A model generated the notes under the pieces. It did no database searches and was not told where the DNA came from. It saw nothing but the letters and a program-made list of their open reading frames with translations. From NCBI GenBank assembly GCA_041946805.1, contig JBHGBC010000106.1, forward strand, positions 1 to 21,136: a stretch of 21,136 nucleotides of DNA. The letters run 5' to 3'. Below, in pieces: positions 1-9,143 of the stretch. The DNA is from a bacterium (GTDB taxonomy: Bacteria > Hinthialibacterota > Hinthialibacteria > Hinthialibacterales > Hinthialibacteraceae). The position numbers were made by a program, and so were the translations under genes. Numbering within the stretch: the stretch's first letter is position 1; every line of letters starts with the position of its first letter.

Positions 1-38
1 GGTTTTTCTCCTAAAAGGAGCCTTTTCTTATCATACAA

Positions 39-106
39 GGGTTAGGGTGAGGGAAGCCCTGAAAGGGCGTAATACATAGTATCCGCGCAAACGGGTAATT
101 AGCTAG
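39..106 (+). repeat. 5'-truncated copy of dispersed repeat family A (G-tract module + GCCCTGAAAGGGC hairpin + right end)
   Basis: GGGTTAGGGTGAGGGAAGCCCTGAAAGGGCGTAATACA-N10-GCAAACGGGTAATTAGCTAG; closely matches copies at 1968-2053, 18310-18397 and 21084-21136. Confidence 0.85.
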
Positions 107-166
107 GAAGCGAACGATAGGCATGTCCTCGCTGGATGAATCAATTGATATGACATAAACGCCGCC

Positions 167-1831
167 ATGAAAATCACTCTCTACAATTCCCGCGGGGAAT
201 TCCGCGTCATTTGGCTCTATGTCCCCGCGGTGCTGGTTTATGGAATTCTCGCCAACCTGTACACCCCGATCCTCGAGGTGGTGTGGGACATGGTGTTTTA
301 CAAGAGCCTGGCCTTCGGCCTGCACCATCCCAGTACCTTCCACCTCAAGGATCATTTCCCCATGCCCCCGCTGTATCCGCTGATCCTGTCCCTGGGTTGT
401 TTTGCTCCCACCTATCTGTGGATCGAGGCGGCGCAATCCTGGATCAATCCCCTGCTCTATTTCCTGGGCCTCTATCCGCTCTACCGCCTGTCGCGGACCT
501 GGCTGGATCCCCACCGGAGCGCGCTGGCCTGCTTTTTTTATGCTCTATATCCCTCAGCCATCTACACCCAATGGTCCATGAGCGAAAACCTGGCCGCGCC
601 CCTGGTGCTGTGGGTAGCCGCCTTGTCTGTCCAAATCCTCACCGACAAGCGGCCCAGCACGGTCACCGGCGCGTGGCTGGGCGTGGCCGCCGCCGCCCTG
701 GCGCTGACCCGCATCCAGGTGATCGTCATCGGCGCCGGCGCGCTCGGCTGGCTGGCGTACCGGACCCTGAAACGCCGCCGCGATCCCGCGCCCGTGCTGA
801 TGGCCATCAGCCTCTCGCTGACCTGGCTCATCACCGTCTGGTGGCAAATGGGCTACCTGACGCACCCCTACAGCTCCCCGGTCTACGCGCGCTTCAACAG
901 TCAGAACCACGCGTCCCCCCTGATGCTCTTCACCACCTTGTTTTCCACGCATTGGACGGGATTATGGCTGGAAGGCGGGGCCTGGATCACTTCCCTGTTC
1001 CTGGCCCAGTATATTGTCGCCCTCGTCCGGCCCTCCTGGTTGACGCCCGCTCAGAAAGAAGCGTTCCGCATGCTGTTTTTTCTCTGCGTGGCGTTGATCG
1101 CATCCGTGGCCATGTATTACGTTCGGCGGACCGAGTACGAAGCCTGGTCGATCTCCTTGCGTTATGTCTTCTACGCCAACCTGATGGCCCTGCCGGTCAG
1201 TTTGTCCACGTTGGGAATATGGAAGGAGATGAATGGATCCCGGCGGATTCTGTACGCCGGGCTAACCATTTTGTCCGCCGCGTTGCTCACCGCCGGCTTC
1301 CTATTGCCGGACGGCTGGGCGGGATTCGCCAAGGTCCGGGATTTCTTCACTAACGCTCCATCCCTGGATTTTCTCGAACAAATCATCCAGGAAGGGCCTT
1401 GGCGAACGGGGGCATTCTTTCTGGGACTCTCCGTAACGGCGGGATTGACCGCCTTCGCCCGGCAACGCCTCGGAGCCCTCGTGTTGCTTCTCTTATTGGC
1501 TTATGTCCAGATCACCACGATCGATTTCACCCTGGAAATCCGCCAAAAAGCCATCCGGAATTTGTGGATGAACGAAATTCACGATTTTTGCGAGCAGCTG
1601 GAGGAAGGAAAATGGACCGGCATTCCCATCTACTGCGAAGAAAACACACCGCACCTGGTCCCTAACCTGAGTTATTGGGTGAACCGGAGTTCCACCATGC
1701 TCCCTCCCGGTTCGCCCCGCCCCCGGGAGGAACATTTGCTATTGACTGTTCAACGTCATGACGATGGAATGTTACTTTTCCGGTCGGGAGAGCTGCGGGC
1801 GTACCTTTTTCCAGCGGAAGAGAAGGAATGA
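167..1831 (+). CDS. Polytopic membrane protein, probable GT-C (ArnT/PMT-like) glycosyltransferase
   Basis: 554 aa with many hydrophobic segments; PPLYPLIL motif after first loop, SE in SMSENL, LTR motif, soluble C-terminal tail. Confidence 0.7.
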   Translation: MKITLYNSRGEFRVIWLYVPAVLVYGILANLYTPILEVVWDMVFYKSLAFGLHHPSTFHLKDHFPMPPLYPLILSLGCFAPTYLWIEAAQSWINPLLYFLGLYPLYRLSRTWLDPHRSALACFFYALYPSAIYTQWSMSENLAAPLVLWVAALSVQILTDKRPSTVTGAWLGVAAAALALTRIQVIVIGAGALGWLAYRTLKRRRDPAPVLMAISLSLTWLITVWWQMGYLTHPYSSPVYARFNSQNHASPLMLFTTLFSTHWTGLWLEGGAWITSLFLAQYIVALVRPSWLTPAQKEAFRMLFFLCVALIASVAMYYVRRTEYEAWSISLRYVFYANLMALPVSLSTLGIWKEMNGSRRILYAGLTILSAALLTAGFLLPDGWAGFAKVRDFFTNAPSLDFLEQIIQEGPWRTGAFFLGLSVTAGLTAFARQRLGALVLLLLLAYVQITTIDFTLEIRQKAIRNLWMNEIHDFCEQLEEGKWTGIPIYCEENTPHLVPNLSYWVNRSSTMLPPGSPRPREEHLLLTVQRHDDGMLLFRSGELRAYLFPAEEKE

Positions 1832-1850
1832 AAACGGGTGGTTCGAAAAA

Positions 1851-1881
1851 GTAGGAGCACGTTGCTACATACACTTACTAC
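1851..1881. repeat. Degenerate GTAG-type REP-like palindrome
   Basis: GTAGGAGCAC...CTTACTAC, starts GTAG and ends CTAC, imperfect stem just after the stop codon. Confidence 0.4.
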
Positions 1882-1967
1882 GAGCCTAACCATTGTATGC
1901 AACTCGATTTCCCAGTGATCTGTCATGACATCGTTTTCATGCCGTTTTTTACTGTGGAGAAGCTATC

Positions 1968-2053
1968 CCCACTCCCTCTGGGAGAGGGTTAGGATGAGGG
2001 AAGCCCTGAAAGGGCGGAATACAAGGCATTCATGCAACCGTGTAACCAGTTAC
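1968..2053 (+). repeat. Dispersed repeat family A copy
   Basis: CCCACTCCC-TCT-GGGAGAGGGTTAGGATGAGGGAAGCCCTGAAAGGGCGGAATACA-N10-GCAACCGTGTAACCAGTTAC. Confidence 0.9.
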
Positions 2054-2076
2054 CAAAACACCGAGTTGAATTAAAA

Positions 2077-2104
2077 GCAGGAGCCCGGCGCGAAGTGCCC
2101 CTGC
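2077..2104. repeat. Degenerate REP-like palindrome (GCAG...CTGC)
   Basis: GCAGGAGCCCGGCGCGAAGTGCCCCTGC, imperfect inverted repeat resembling GTAGGGGCAC...GTGCCCCTAC. Confidence 0.4.
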
Positions 2105-2189
2105 GATTTGGAGGGAAACCAGCACGTCGGCGTGTTTCGCTTTTCTCCACCCGCCCCGCATCACGAACCCCTCCTTCATCAGGGAGGTT

Positions 2190-2212
2190 GTAGGGCGGCC
2201 GGCGGACCGCCC
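2190..2212 (+). repeat. GTAG-type REP
   Basis: GTAGGGCGGCCGGCGGACCGCCC: GTAG head followed by GGGCGG/CCGCCC stem, ~20 bp beyond the sdhB stop. Confidence 0.6.
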
Positions 2213-2233
2213 GGTTGGCTGAAGCATACTCCA

Positions 2234-2980
2234 TTATTTATCGAACAAGGACTTAAAAGCCTGGACCAGCGTTTCCCGGTTCAGCGTGGCGATGGCGGTG
2301 GTCAACGGAATTCCCTTGGGACAGACCCGCACGCAATTCTGCGCGTTGCCGCACTCGTGAATGCCGCCTTCGCCCATGAGAGTTTCCAGCCTCTGCTCCC
2401 TCAGGAATTTCGCGGTGGGATTATGATTGAACAGATAAACCTGGCCGATGGCGGCCGGTCCCAGGAAGGGATTCTCCGAGTTGTACTGCGGGCAGGCATC
2501 CACACAACAGCCGCACGTCATGCAGCGGGAAAAAAGGTACATCTGTTGCTGAAAATTGGGGGATTGCTTCGGCCCGGATCCCAGGTCATGCGTACCGTCG
2601 ATATCGATCCAGGCGTGGATCTTTTGGAGTTCCTTGAACATCCGCCCGCGGTTGACCACCAGGTCCCGGATGACGGGAAACTTCCGCATGGGTTCCAGGA
2701 TGATGGGTTGTTCCAACGTATCGACCAGCGCGGTGCAGGATTGACGGACCTGGCCGTTGATCACCATGGTGCAGGCCCCGCAGACCTCCTCCAGGCAACT
2801 GCAATCCCAGGACACCGGCGTGGTTTTGTGGCCCACGGCATTGACCGGATTGCGCCGGATTTCGTTCAGGAGAACGATCACGTTCATATTGGGCCGGTAC
2901 GGAAGCCGGAAATCTTCCCAGTAGGGTTCGGAGTAGCGGTCTTTTTGGCGTTTGATTCGGAGTTCAACCGTTTTGGCCAT
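2234..2980 (-). CDS. sdhB: Succinate dehydrogenase iron-sulfur subunit
   Basis: Cys clusters CSCLEEVCGAC...SC (2Fe-2S), CMTCGCCVDACP (4Fe-4S), CGNAQNCVRVCP (3Fe-4S); FPVIRDLVV motif; downstream of sdhA. Confidence 0.95.
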   Translation of the reverse strand: MAKTVELRIKRQKDRYSEPYWEDFRLPYRPNMNVIVLLNEIRRNPVNAVGHKTTPVSWDCSCLEEVCGACTMVINGQVRQSCTALVDTLEQPIILEPMRKFPVIRDLVVNRGRMFKELQKIHAWIDIDGTHDLGSGPKQSPNFQQQMYLFSRCMTCGCCVDACPQYNSENPFLGPAAIGQVYLFNHNPTAKFLREQRLETLMGEGGIHECGNAQNCVRVCPKGIPLTTAIATLNRETLVQAFKSLFDK

Positions 2981-3056
2981 TATTCGTTATCCTCACAGAA
3001 ATAATCACTTCGTGCCTGAAGCGGAGACGCCGTTCCATTCCAGTTCTCGGCCTCGA

Positions 3057-4928
3057 TCAGTCATAATGACGGGGAACCGGCTCGATCAGACTGGTATCCA
3101 CCTCTTCATAGCTGATATGCGGACCCTCTCCGCTCCATTGGGCGATGGTGGTTTTCAGCCATTGGCGGTTGTTTTCCTTCCACTTCGCAACAAATTCCTT
3201 ATATTCCGGCGACTGGACATCCTTGGGCTCCTCGAGTTTGAATTCGGGCTTATAGTGGCTGCCGCGGCACTCATCCCGCAGCAAGGCCCCTTTGGCGATC
3301 ACCTTGGCCAGTTCGATCATGTTCCACAATTGGTTGATGAAAAGCACCGATTGGTTGCGGGCGCGCGAGATATCGAGCGAGTTGCAATTCTTCCACCGCT
3401 CGGTGATGCCGTTGAGTTCTTCCAGGGTTTGCGCGAGGCCGGTATTGTTCCGGACGATGCTGCAGTTCCGGATCATCAGTTCTCCGAGCTCGTGATGCAA
3501 TTCATAGGGATTGACGGTCCCTTCCATCGCCCGGATCGCGTCGAAACGTTCCCGCCACTTTTGCTCTTCCTCCTCGAAAATCCGGCTGGACACGTCGGCG
3601 GCGGTGTTTTTCATGGACTTGGCGTACTGCACGGCCGCCGGTCCCGCCACCGTGCCGGCGAACAGGCAGGAAAGCAAGGCGTTGGCCCCCAGGCGGTTGG
3701 CCCCGTGATATTGGTATTCGCATTCTCCGGCGGCGTAAAGGCCCGGGATGTTCGTCATCTGGTTGCGCGGGCTGCCCCGGTCCAGGAAACCATCCGGCGT
3801 CCGTTCGTAATCCACCCATAAACCGCCCATGCTGTAATGCACGGCGGGAAAGATCTTCATGGGCACGTCGCGCGGATCTTCTCCCTGGAACTTTTCGTAG
3901 ATCTCCATGATGCCCGCCAGCTTGCGGTCGAGCTCCTCCCGCGGGATGTGGGTCAGGTCGAGATAGACCATGTTCCCGCCGCCGACGCCGTAACCCTGGT
4001 TGATGCAGATGTCGTAAATCTCCTGCGTGGCGATGTCCCGCGGGACCAGATTGCCGAAACGGGGATGCTTTTCTTCCAGGAAATACCAACGCTCGTCTTC
4101 AGGGATTTCCCGGGGTTCGCGTGGATCGTTCTTTTGGCGCGGCACCCAGATGCGCCCGCCCTCGCCGCGCGCCGATTCCGACATCAGGCGGAGTTTGTCG
4201 TACCCGGGAATGGCGGTGGGGTGGATCTGGATGAACTCCCCATTGGCGTATTTCACCCCCTGCTGGTAGGCCGAGGAGGCGGCGGATCCGGTGTTGATCA
4301 CGGAATTGGTGGAGCGGCCGAAAATCATGCCCGTTCCGCCCGTGGCCAGCACCACCGCATCGGCGCGGAAGGTGCGGATCTCCAGGGTATCGTGATCCAC
4401 GGCGGCGATGCCCCGGCACACGCCGTCACCGTCCTTGACCATGCCCAGGTATTCCCACGTTTCGTATTTGTGGACCAGGCCCTGGACTTCCCGCCGCCGG
4501 ACCTGTTCATCCAAGGCGTACAGCAGCTGCTGGCCGGTGGTCGCTCCCGCGTAGGCCGTGCGGTGATAGAGCGTCCCGCCGAAACGCCGGAAGTCGATCA
4601 GCCCTTCCGCCGTGCGGTTGAAGGTCACGCCCATGCGGTCCATGAGATAGATGATCGCGGGCGCGTTATAGCACATGTCCTTGCACGGCGGCTGATGGGC
4701 CAGAAAATCCCCCCCCTTCACCGTATCGTAGAAGTGGATGTCCGTCGAATCGCCCTCGCCCTTGGTGTTCACCGCCCCGTTGATCCCCCCCTGGGCGCAC
4801 ACGGAGTGCGAACGTTTGACCGGCACCACCGAAAACAGATCGACGTGATATCCCGCTTCCGTCAGTTTGGTCACGGTCATCAAACCCGCCAGCCCCCCGC
4901 CGACCACGATAAATCGAATTTTCGCCAT
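3057..4928 (-). CDS. sdhA: Succinate dehydrogenase flavoprotein subunit
   Basis: VVGGGLAG FAD-binding loop, RSHSVCAQGGIN (covalent FAD His), QIHPT, SESARGEGG, HYSMGG, HGANRLGANAL; ATG at 4928 preceded by AGAGGTG. Confidence 0.96.
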   Translation of the reverse strand: MAKIRFIVVGGGLAGLMTVTKLTEAGYHVDLFSVVPVKRSHSVCAQGGINGAVNTKGEGDSTDIHFYDTVKGGDFLAHQPPCKDMCYNAPAIIYLMDRMGVTFNRTAEGLIDFRRFGGTLYHRTAYAGATTGQQLLYALDEQVRRREVQGLVHKYETWEYLGMVKDGDGVCRGIAAVDHDTLEIRTFRADAVVLATGGTGMIFGRSTNSVINTGSAASSAYQQGVKYANGEFIQIHPTAIPGYDKLRLMSESARGEGGRIWVPRQKNDPREPREIPEDERWYFLEEKHPRFGNLVPRDIATQEIYDICINQGYGVGGGNMVYLDLTHIPREELDRKLAGIMEIYEKFQGEDPRDVPMKIFPAVHYSMGGLWVDYERTPDGFLDRGSPRNQMTNIPGLYAAGECEYQYHGANRLGANALLSCLFAGTVAGPAAVQYAKSMKNTAADVSSRIFEEEEQKWRERFDAIRAMEGTVNPYELHHELGELMIRNCSIVRNNTGLAQTLEELNGITERWKNCNSLDISRARNQSVLFINQLWNMIELAKVIAKGALLRDECRGSHYKPEFKLEEPKDVQSPEYKEFVAKWKENNRQWLKTTIAQWSGEGPHISYEEVDTSLIEPVPRHYD

Positions 4929-4961
4929 TTTCACCTCTTTGTGTTTTCGGATGTTCTCAGA

Positions 4962-5606
4962 TTACCGGGTGAACGCGTACAGGGAGGTGAGGAAGAAGAG
5001 GTACGCACCCAGACCTGCCGCCGCGCAAACGTATCCGGAAACCCGCTGGGCCCGCTCCCCCGCCGTGATCCCCCATTTGATCAGGAAATTCCACAGTCCA
5101 TTGGCAAAATGGAAAGACGCCGCGGATATCCCGGCAAAGTAAAACACCACGTGCCAGGTCTCATGAAAATAATCCCGGATATAATCGAATGTGATATGAT
5201 CCAGGTCCGTCTTGAACGTCCATTCGATCCGCAATTTGTACACGTGATAGAGAATAAAGACGATGGCGGCGATCCCGGTCCACCGCTGCAGCGTATACAG
5301 CCAGTTCCGTAAATAGCCGTAATGCTGGACATTGCTCAGCCCGAAAATCCAGATATAGACGCCGATGGCCGCATGCAACAAGATGGGAACCAGGATCAGG
5401 AACACTTCCAGTACGATCAAGAACGGCAAGCGGCTGAGAAACACGACATGTTCATTGAACTGGTCCGGACCATAAAAAAAAGCCAGCCCGTTGTTGAACG
5501 CATGCTGCAGAAAAAAAACGCTGATGGGGAAGATCCCCAGCAGGGATTGAAAACGCCGCAATAAAAAGGGAGTTTCTTGTTGCACCGAAATTTTTTCTTC
5601 ACTCAT
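4962..5606 (-). CDS. sdhC: Succinate dehydrogenase cytochrome b558 membrane anchor (single subunit, di-haem type)
   Basis: About five hydrophobic helices with four His (QHA, LHA, YHV, FHF), LQRWTG and HFANGLWNFLIKWG motifs; start could alternatively be GTG at 5615. Confidence 0.92.
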   Translation of the reverse strand: MSEEKISVQQETPFLLRRFQSLLGIFPISVFFLQHAFNNGLAFFYGPDQFNEHVVFLSRLPFLIVLEVFLILVPILLHAAIGVYIWIFGLSNVQHYGYLRNWLYTLQRWTGIAAIVFILYHVYKLRIEWTFKTDLDHITFDYIRDYFHETWHVVFYFAGISAASFHFANGLWNFLIKWGITAGERAQRVSGYVCAAAGLGAYLFFLTSLYAFTR

Positions 5607-5615
5607 ACTGTTCAC

Positions 5616-5783
5616 CCGGATTCTTCTGTATTTTTACAGGATAGATTAAAATTACAGACACCGTTTTTTTCTCATTTTACTTATCCTTCAGCCATTCCGA
5701 AGGGTGAATCAGACGATTAAGTATATTCAATTAATAAATTTAATAAAGATTCTTCGAAATCCCTCTTCGGCCCATTCAGGAGT
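5616..5783. promoter_or_regulatory. AT-rich divergent promoter region for sdhCAB and nagA
   Basis: Strongly AT-rich gap between divergent genes in a GC-rich window; individual boxes not assigned. Confidence 0.5.
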
Positions 5784-7106
5784 ATGATGAAATCCTTTCA
5801 AATTCATGGACATATCGTTACGGAAAACTCTGTTCTGCGCCACCATACCCTCACTATTCACAATGGAAAAATTCAATCCATCCTCCCCCGGGAAGGCTCC
5901 ATCCAACCGGATTCCGCGCCCTACATCCTCCCCGGTTTCCGCGATCAACATGTGCATGATCTGGCCGGGCAAGAAAGCGCCCGTATTCACGCCCCCGGGG
6001 AGTTGCTGGATAGCTTTCGCGCGGCCACCCGCGCCCTGGGCCGCCACGGCGTGACCCGGGTATGGCTGGCCACTTTCGGCGACTCGCTCGATACTCTGGA
6101 ACGCTACGGCCAAGGCGCGCGGCTATGGATGGACCAAGCCGGTAATGGGCGGACCGGAGCCAAACTGGAAGGCATCCACATCGAGGGGACTTTTCTTAAC
6201 GAGGACTGCCGGGGCGCTCAACCCGCCGAACATATCCTGATCCCCACCCGGGACGATTGCCTGGGGGCGTTGAACAGCCTGAAGAATACCGGCTCGGTCC
6301 GGTTAGTCAACATCGTGCCCGACTATGGCGAGGAATCCTTGCGGTTCATCCATCACGCGCGCGGGCTGGGGATGACCGTGGGCGCGGGCCACTTGAATCC
6401 TCCGGCCGCCCTGCTGCGCCAGGCCTATGAAGAGTGCGGCCTGCAGTACATGGTCCATTTCACCAACGGTCCCACGGGGCAGTCGTTCAAGCCTTTCGGC
6501 GGCGGCGGCGCTTTCGAAGGAGCGTTGCATCTCCCCATTTATAAAGAACTGATCCTCGATCTCTTTCATGTCGATCCGCGGTATGTCCTGGACATCATCC
6601 GGCGGACCGAAGAACGCTGGGGGACGGACAAAATCATCGCGGTGACCGATGCCCTGTACGCCGATCCAGATTACTTGCCCGAAGGCGGATTTTCCATCGG
6701 TTCGACCATCGCCGCCGTCGACGCCTCCGGCTGCTACCTCCGGACTCTGGCCTACCGGCGGCCGGATGGAACGGAAATCCCCGCGCCGCCGAACACCCTG
6801 TGCGGCAGCATCCTCACCATGGACAAGGCGTTCATCAACCTGGTGAACCTGTTCACCCATCCATGTACGGGGCATTGGTACGATCACGAGCCTTTGCCCT
6901 TGGAGGAAGCCCTGGTCAAGGCGGCGCGACTCTGCGCCACCAACCAGGCGAAGCTGGTGGGCGATTATCCTGAGGCCGGGAGTCTCGGCGTGGGCCAGGC
7001 GGCGGATCTGGTGGTGGGATCAATCGGCCGGCGTCAGGACGAGTATGTCTTCTCGATCACGCAAGTGTGGGTGGAAGGACGGCTGATCGGGGATTCATCC
7101 GGATGA
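5784..7106 (+). CDS. nagA: N-acetylglucosamine-6-phosphate deacetylase-like amidohydrolase
   Basis: PGFRDQHVH, GIHIEGTFLN, GAGH, HFTNG, DLFHV, AVTDA, LCGSILTMD, GSLGVGQAADLV map onto NagA motifs with several substitutions. Confidence 0.75.
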   Translation: MMKSFQIHGHIVTENSVLRHHTLTIHNGKIQSILPREGSIQPDSAPYILPGFRDQHVHDLAGQESARIHAPGELLDSFRAATRALGRHGVTRVWLATFGDSLDTLERYGQGARLWMDQAGNGRTGAKLEGIHIEGTFLNEDCRGAQPAEHILIPTRDDCLGALNSLKNTGSVRLVNIVPDYGEESLRFIHHARGLGMTVGAGHLNPPAALLRQAYEECGLQYMVHFTNGPTGQSFKPFGGGGAFEGALHLPIYKELILDLFHVDPRYVLDIIRRTEERWGTDKIIAVTDALYADPDYLPEGGFSIGSTIAAVDASGCYLRTLAYRRPDGTEIPAPPNTLCGSILTMDKAFINLVNLFTHPCTGHWYDHEPLPLEEALVKAARLCATNQAKLVGDYPEAGSLGVGQAADLVVGSIGRRQDEYVFSITQVWVEGRLIGDSSG

Positions 7107-7119
7107 CTTGAGACGGATC

Positions 7120-7467
7120 TCATGCTCCGCGTTCCTGCGCGAAATCCTGAAACGCCACGGCCACTTTATAGCCGCGGTTGTGGGGGATGACGCGCAAGAC
7201 GGTCCCCTGATAAATCGGGAACATTTCGGATTCCTGATTCCAGGCATCCTTCAATTGCAAATCCATGAAGAGAGCCACGCGGATGGGACGGTCCGGTTCG
7301 ATTCGATGTTCGGTATAAAAACTGATCCCTCCGACCAGGATCGGACCGATATCGAGGGTCTGGGCTTCGAACCATTCACCGTCCTGCAAGGATGCGCCTT
7401 CATCCAGACTGTAAATGATGGAGATGTTGACGTTTTCCCGTTCAAAAACCCGGCGGTCTTCATTCAT
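7120..7467 (-). CDS. Stand-alone PilZ-domain protein
   Basis: N-terminal DRRVFER (RxxxR), then TLDIGPILVGGISF (variant D/NxSxxG), C-terminal GTVLRV...YKVAVAF beta strands; ATG at 7467 chosen over upstream TTG. Confidence 0.75.
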   Translation of the reverse strand: MNEDRRVFERENVNISIIYSLDEGASLQDGEWFEAQTLDIGPILVGGISFYTEHRIEPDRPIRVALFMDLQLKDAWNQESEMFPIYQGTVLRVIPHNRGYKVAVAFQDFAQERGA

Positions 7468-7529
7468 GGATCGAAAACCTATGGTTATTAGCAATTGGAT
7501 GATTTATAACGTGTTAAGAATGGTTGATT

Positions 7530-7562
7530 CCCTCACCCTCACCCACTCCCACAGGGAGAGGG
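7530..7562 (-). repeat. Hairpin/G-tract module, inverted orientation
   Basis: CCCTCACCCTCACCCACTCCC-ACA-GGGAGAGGG is the reverse complement of the family A core. Confidence 0.85.
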
Positions 7563-7696
7563 AATGGTTTTGGCGGCAGGCTTTGACATTCGGACACGGA
7601 TCATGGAAAAGTGCAGCCATGAATTCCGTATTCCTAAGGACCGGCCTGCGTTACCCGCATCTACCACTCACCCAACGAACCGGCTCTCATTTCCGC

Positions 7697-7730
7697 TCCC
7701 TCTCCCCCCGAAGAGGATCGGGGAGAGGGA
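7697..7730. repeat. Pyrimidine/purine palindrome related to the G-tract module
   Basis: TCCCTCTCCCC...GGGGAGAGGGA, 11-bp stem, 40 bp beyond the LysM/M23 gene stop. Confidence 0.7.
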
Positions 7731-7770
7731 GGATCTTCCATGACGGTTTCCCGTTTGGGACCATTCCAAG

Positions 7771-9006
7771 TCATTTCAGCGGAGGCAAAATCTTCATCGG
7801 ATCCAGCGGCGTGGTGACTTCGCGGATTTCAAAATGCAGCACGCCGCCGCTGGACGCCACGGGCCGGCCCGTGTTCCCCACCTTGGCGATGGGTTGTCCG
7901 CGCTTGACCGGCTGATTGACCTGCACCAGGTTCTGGCTGTTGTGGGCGTAGATGGTGCGCAGGCCGCCGCCGCCTTTTTCGCCATGGTACAGGATGACGT
8001 AATTGCCCAGGCTGCTGCCCAGCTCATCGGTCACCCCGCCGACCCGCTGCACTTCCCCATCGGCCGCCGCGCAGATCTCGGTCCCGATCTCCGCCCCGAG
8101 GTCGATTCCCGGATTGAAATCCACGCTCCCGGTCGACTTGTTGAATCCCCGCACCACCGTGAACTGGCTCTTGATCGGCCATTGAAACTTCAGCGTGTTG
8201 TATTCCTTGACCTCGCGGGGGAAATCCGTGGGCGGAGTTTCCGGCTTGACCGGCGTCTGCGCCGCCGTGATGGTCTGGGCCGGAGTGGGACTGGGAACCG
8301 TGGCGGCCGCCGGGACAGAGGAGGATTTCGGCTCCACGGGTACGGACGGAGATCCCGAGGCGGCCTGGGTGGATTGGGTGATGGGTATCGGCTTGAGCGT
8401 TTCTCCGGTGCCTTTTTTCACGGTTTCTCCCGCCGGTCGGGGCGCGGCCGCCACTTTGACTTGCACCCGGGGATCCGCAGACAGATCCTTGAGCGGTTCG
8501 GGGGTGATGACGGTAACCTTGTTGTACTCCACGTCCTCGACCTGCCGGGCGCGGGGAATCCACAGCCGTTGCCCGGCATAGATTTTGGACGGATCGGTAA
8601 TGTTATTGACCCGCTGGATTTCCTGAACGGACACGTCGTATTTGTTATAGGCATTGGCGATGCCGGTCAGGGTCTGTCCGGGTTCCACCGTGTGATAGAG
8701 CCCGTCCCGGCTTTCCTGGGCGACAAGGGTCGGAGCTGCTGTGCGCAGCTCGGTCGCGCCTGGGATGAACAGCCGGGTTCCCGGGGCGGGTTCCTGGCTT
8801 TGGGACAGGTTATTCTGGCGGATCAGGAGCTGGGGTGTTATTTGGTACGCGTCGGCGATCGATTGGACCGTCTCGCCCTTCGCCACCGTGTGCATCACCC
8901 CGTTCACCATGGGCACGTCGCCACGGGTGGTGACGCCCGGGTGAGAACAACCGGACAATGTCCAAGCTGTCAAAACACAAGCCATCAGTACACTCAACCC
9001 TTTCAT
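7771..9006 (-). CDS. NlpD-like lipoprotein: 2x LysM + degenerate M23 (LytM) domain
   Basis: Lipobox LSGC; LysM repeats HTVAKGETVQSIA and YHTVEPGQTLTGIA; Pro/Thr/Ala-rich linker; FQWP, NPGIDL, AAADGEV, YAHN, LHFEIR; RBS GAGGTG. Confidence 0.88.
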   Translation of the reverse strand: MKGLSVLMACVLTAWTLSGCSHPGVTTRGDVPMVNGVMHTVAKGETVQSIADAYQITPQLLIRQNNLSQSQEPAPGTRLFIPGATELRTAAPTLVAQESRDGLYHTVEPGQTLTGIANAYNKYDVSVQEIQRVNNITDPSKIYAGQRLWIPRARQVEDVEYNKVTVITPEPLKDLSADPRVQVKVAAAPRPAGETVKKGTGETLKPIPITQSTQAASGSPSVPVEPKSSSVPAAATVPSPTPAQTITAAQTPVKPETPPTDFPREVKEYNTLKFQWPIKSQFTVVRGFNKSTGSVDFNPGIDLGAEIGTEICAAADGEVQRVGGVTDELGSSLGNYVILYHGEKGGGGLRTIYAHNSQNLVQVNQPVKRGQPIAKVGNTGRPVASSGGVLHFEIREVTTPLDPMKILPPLK

Positions 9007-9143
9007 GATTCAAATCACCTCATCCAGGATCAGTATGTCCGCCGTTACATCCCGGCCGTGCCGTGTACTTTTATTCTTACGGCCCGGCAGGCGCCAAGGC
9101 AACCGGCCTCGCCTCCGATTTCGGGGAAGCGCCGGCGGGAATC

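Noticed and set aside
2034..2053. TAAC...GTTA motif as integron attC sites
   Set aside because: Flanking genes are housekeeping, no integrase is present, and the motif is better explained as a terminal inverted repeat
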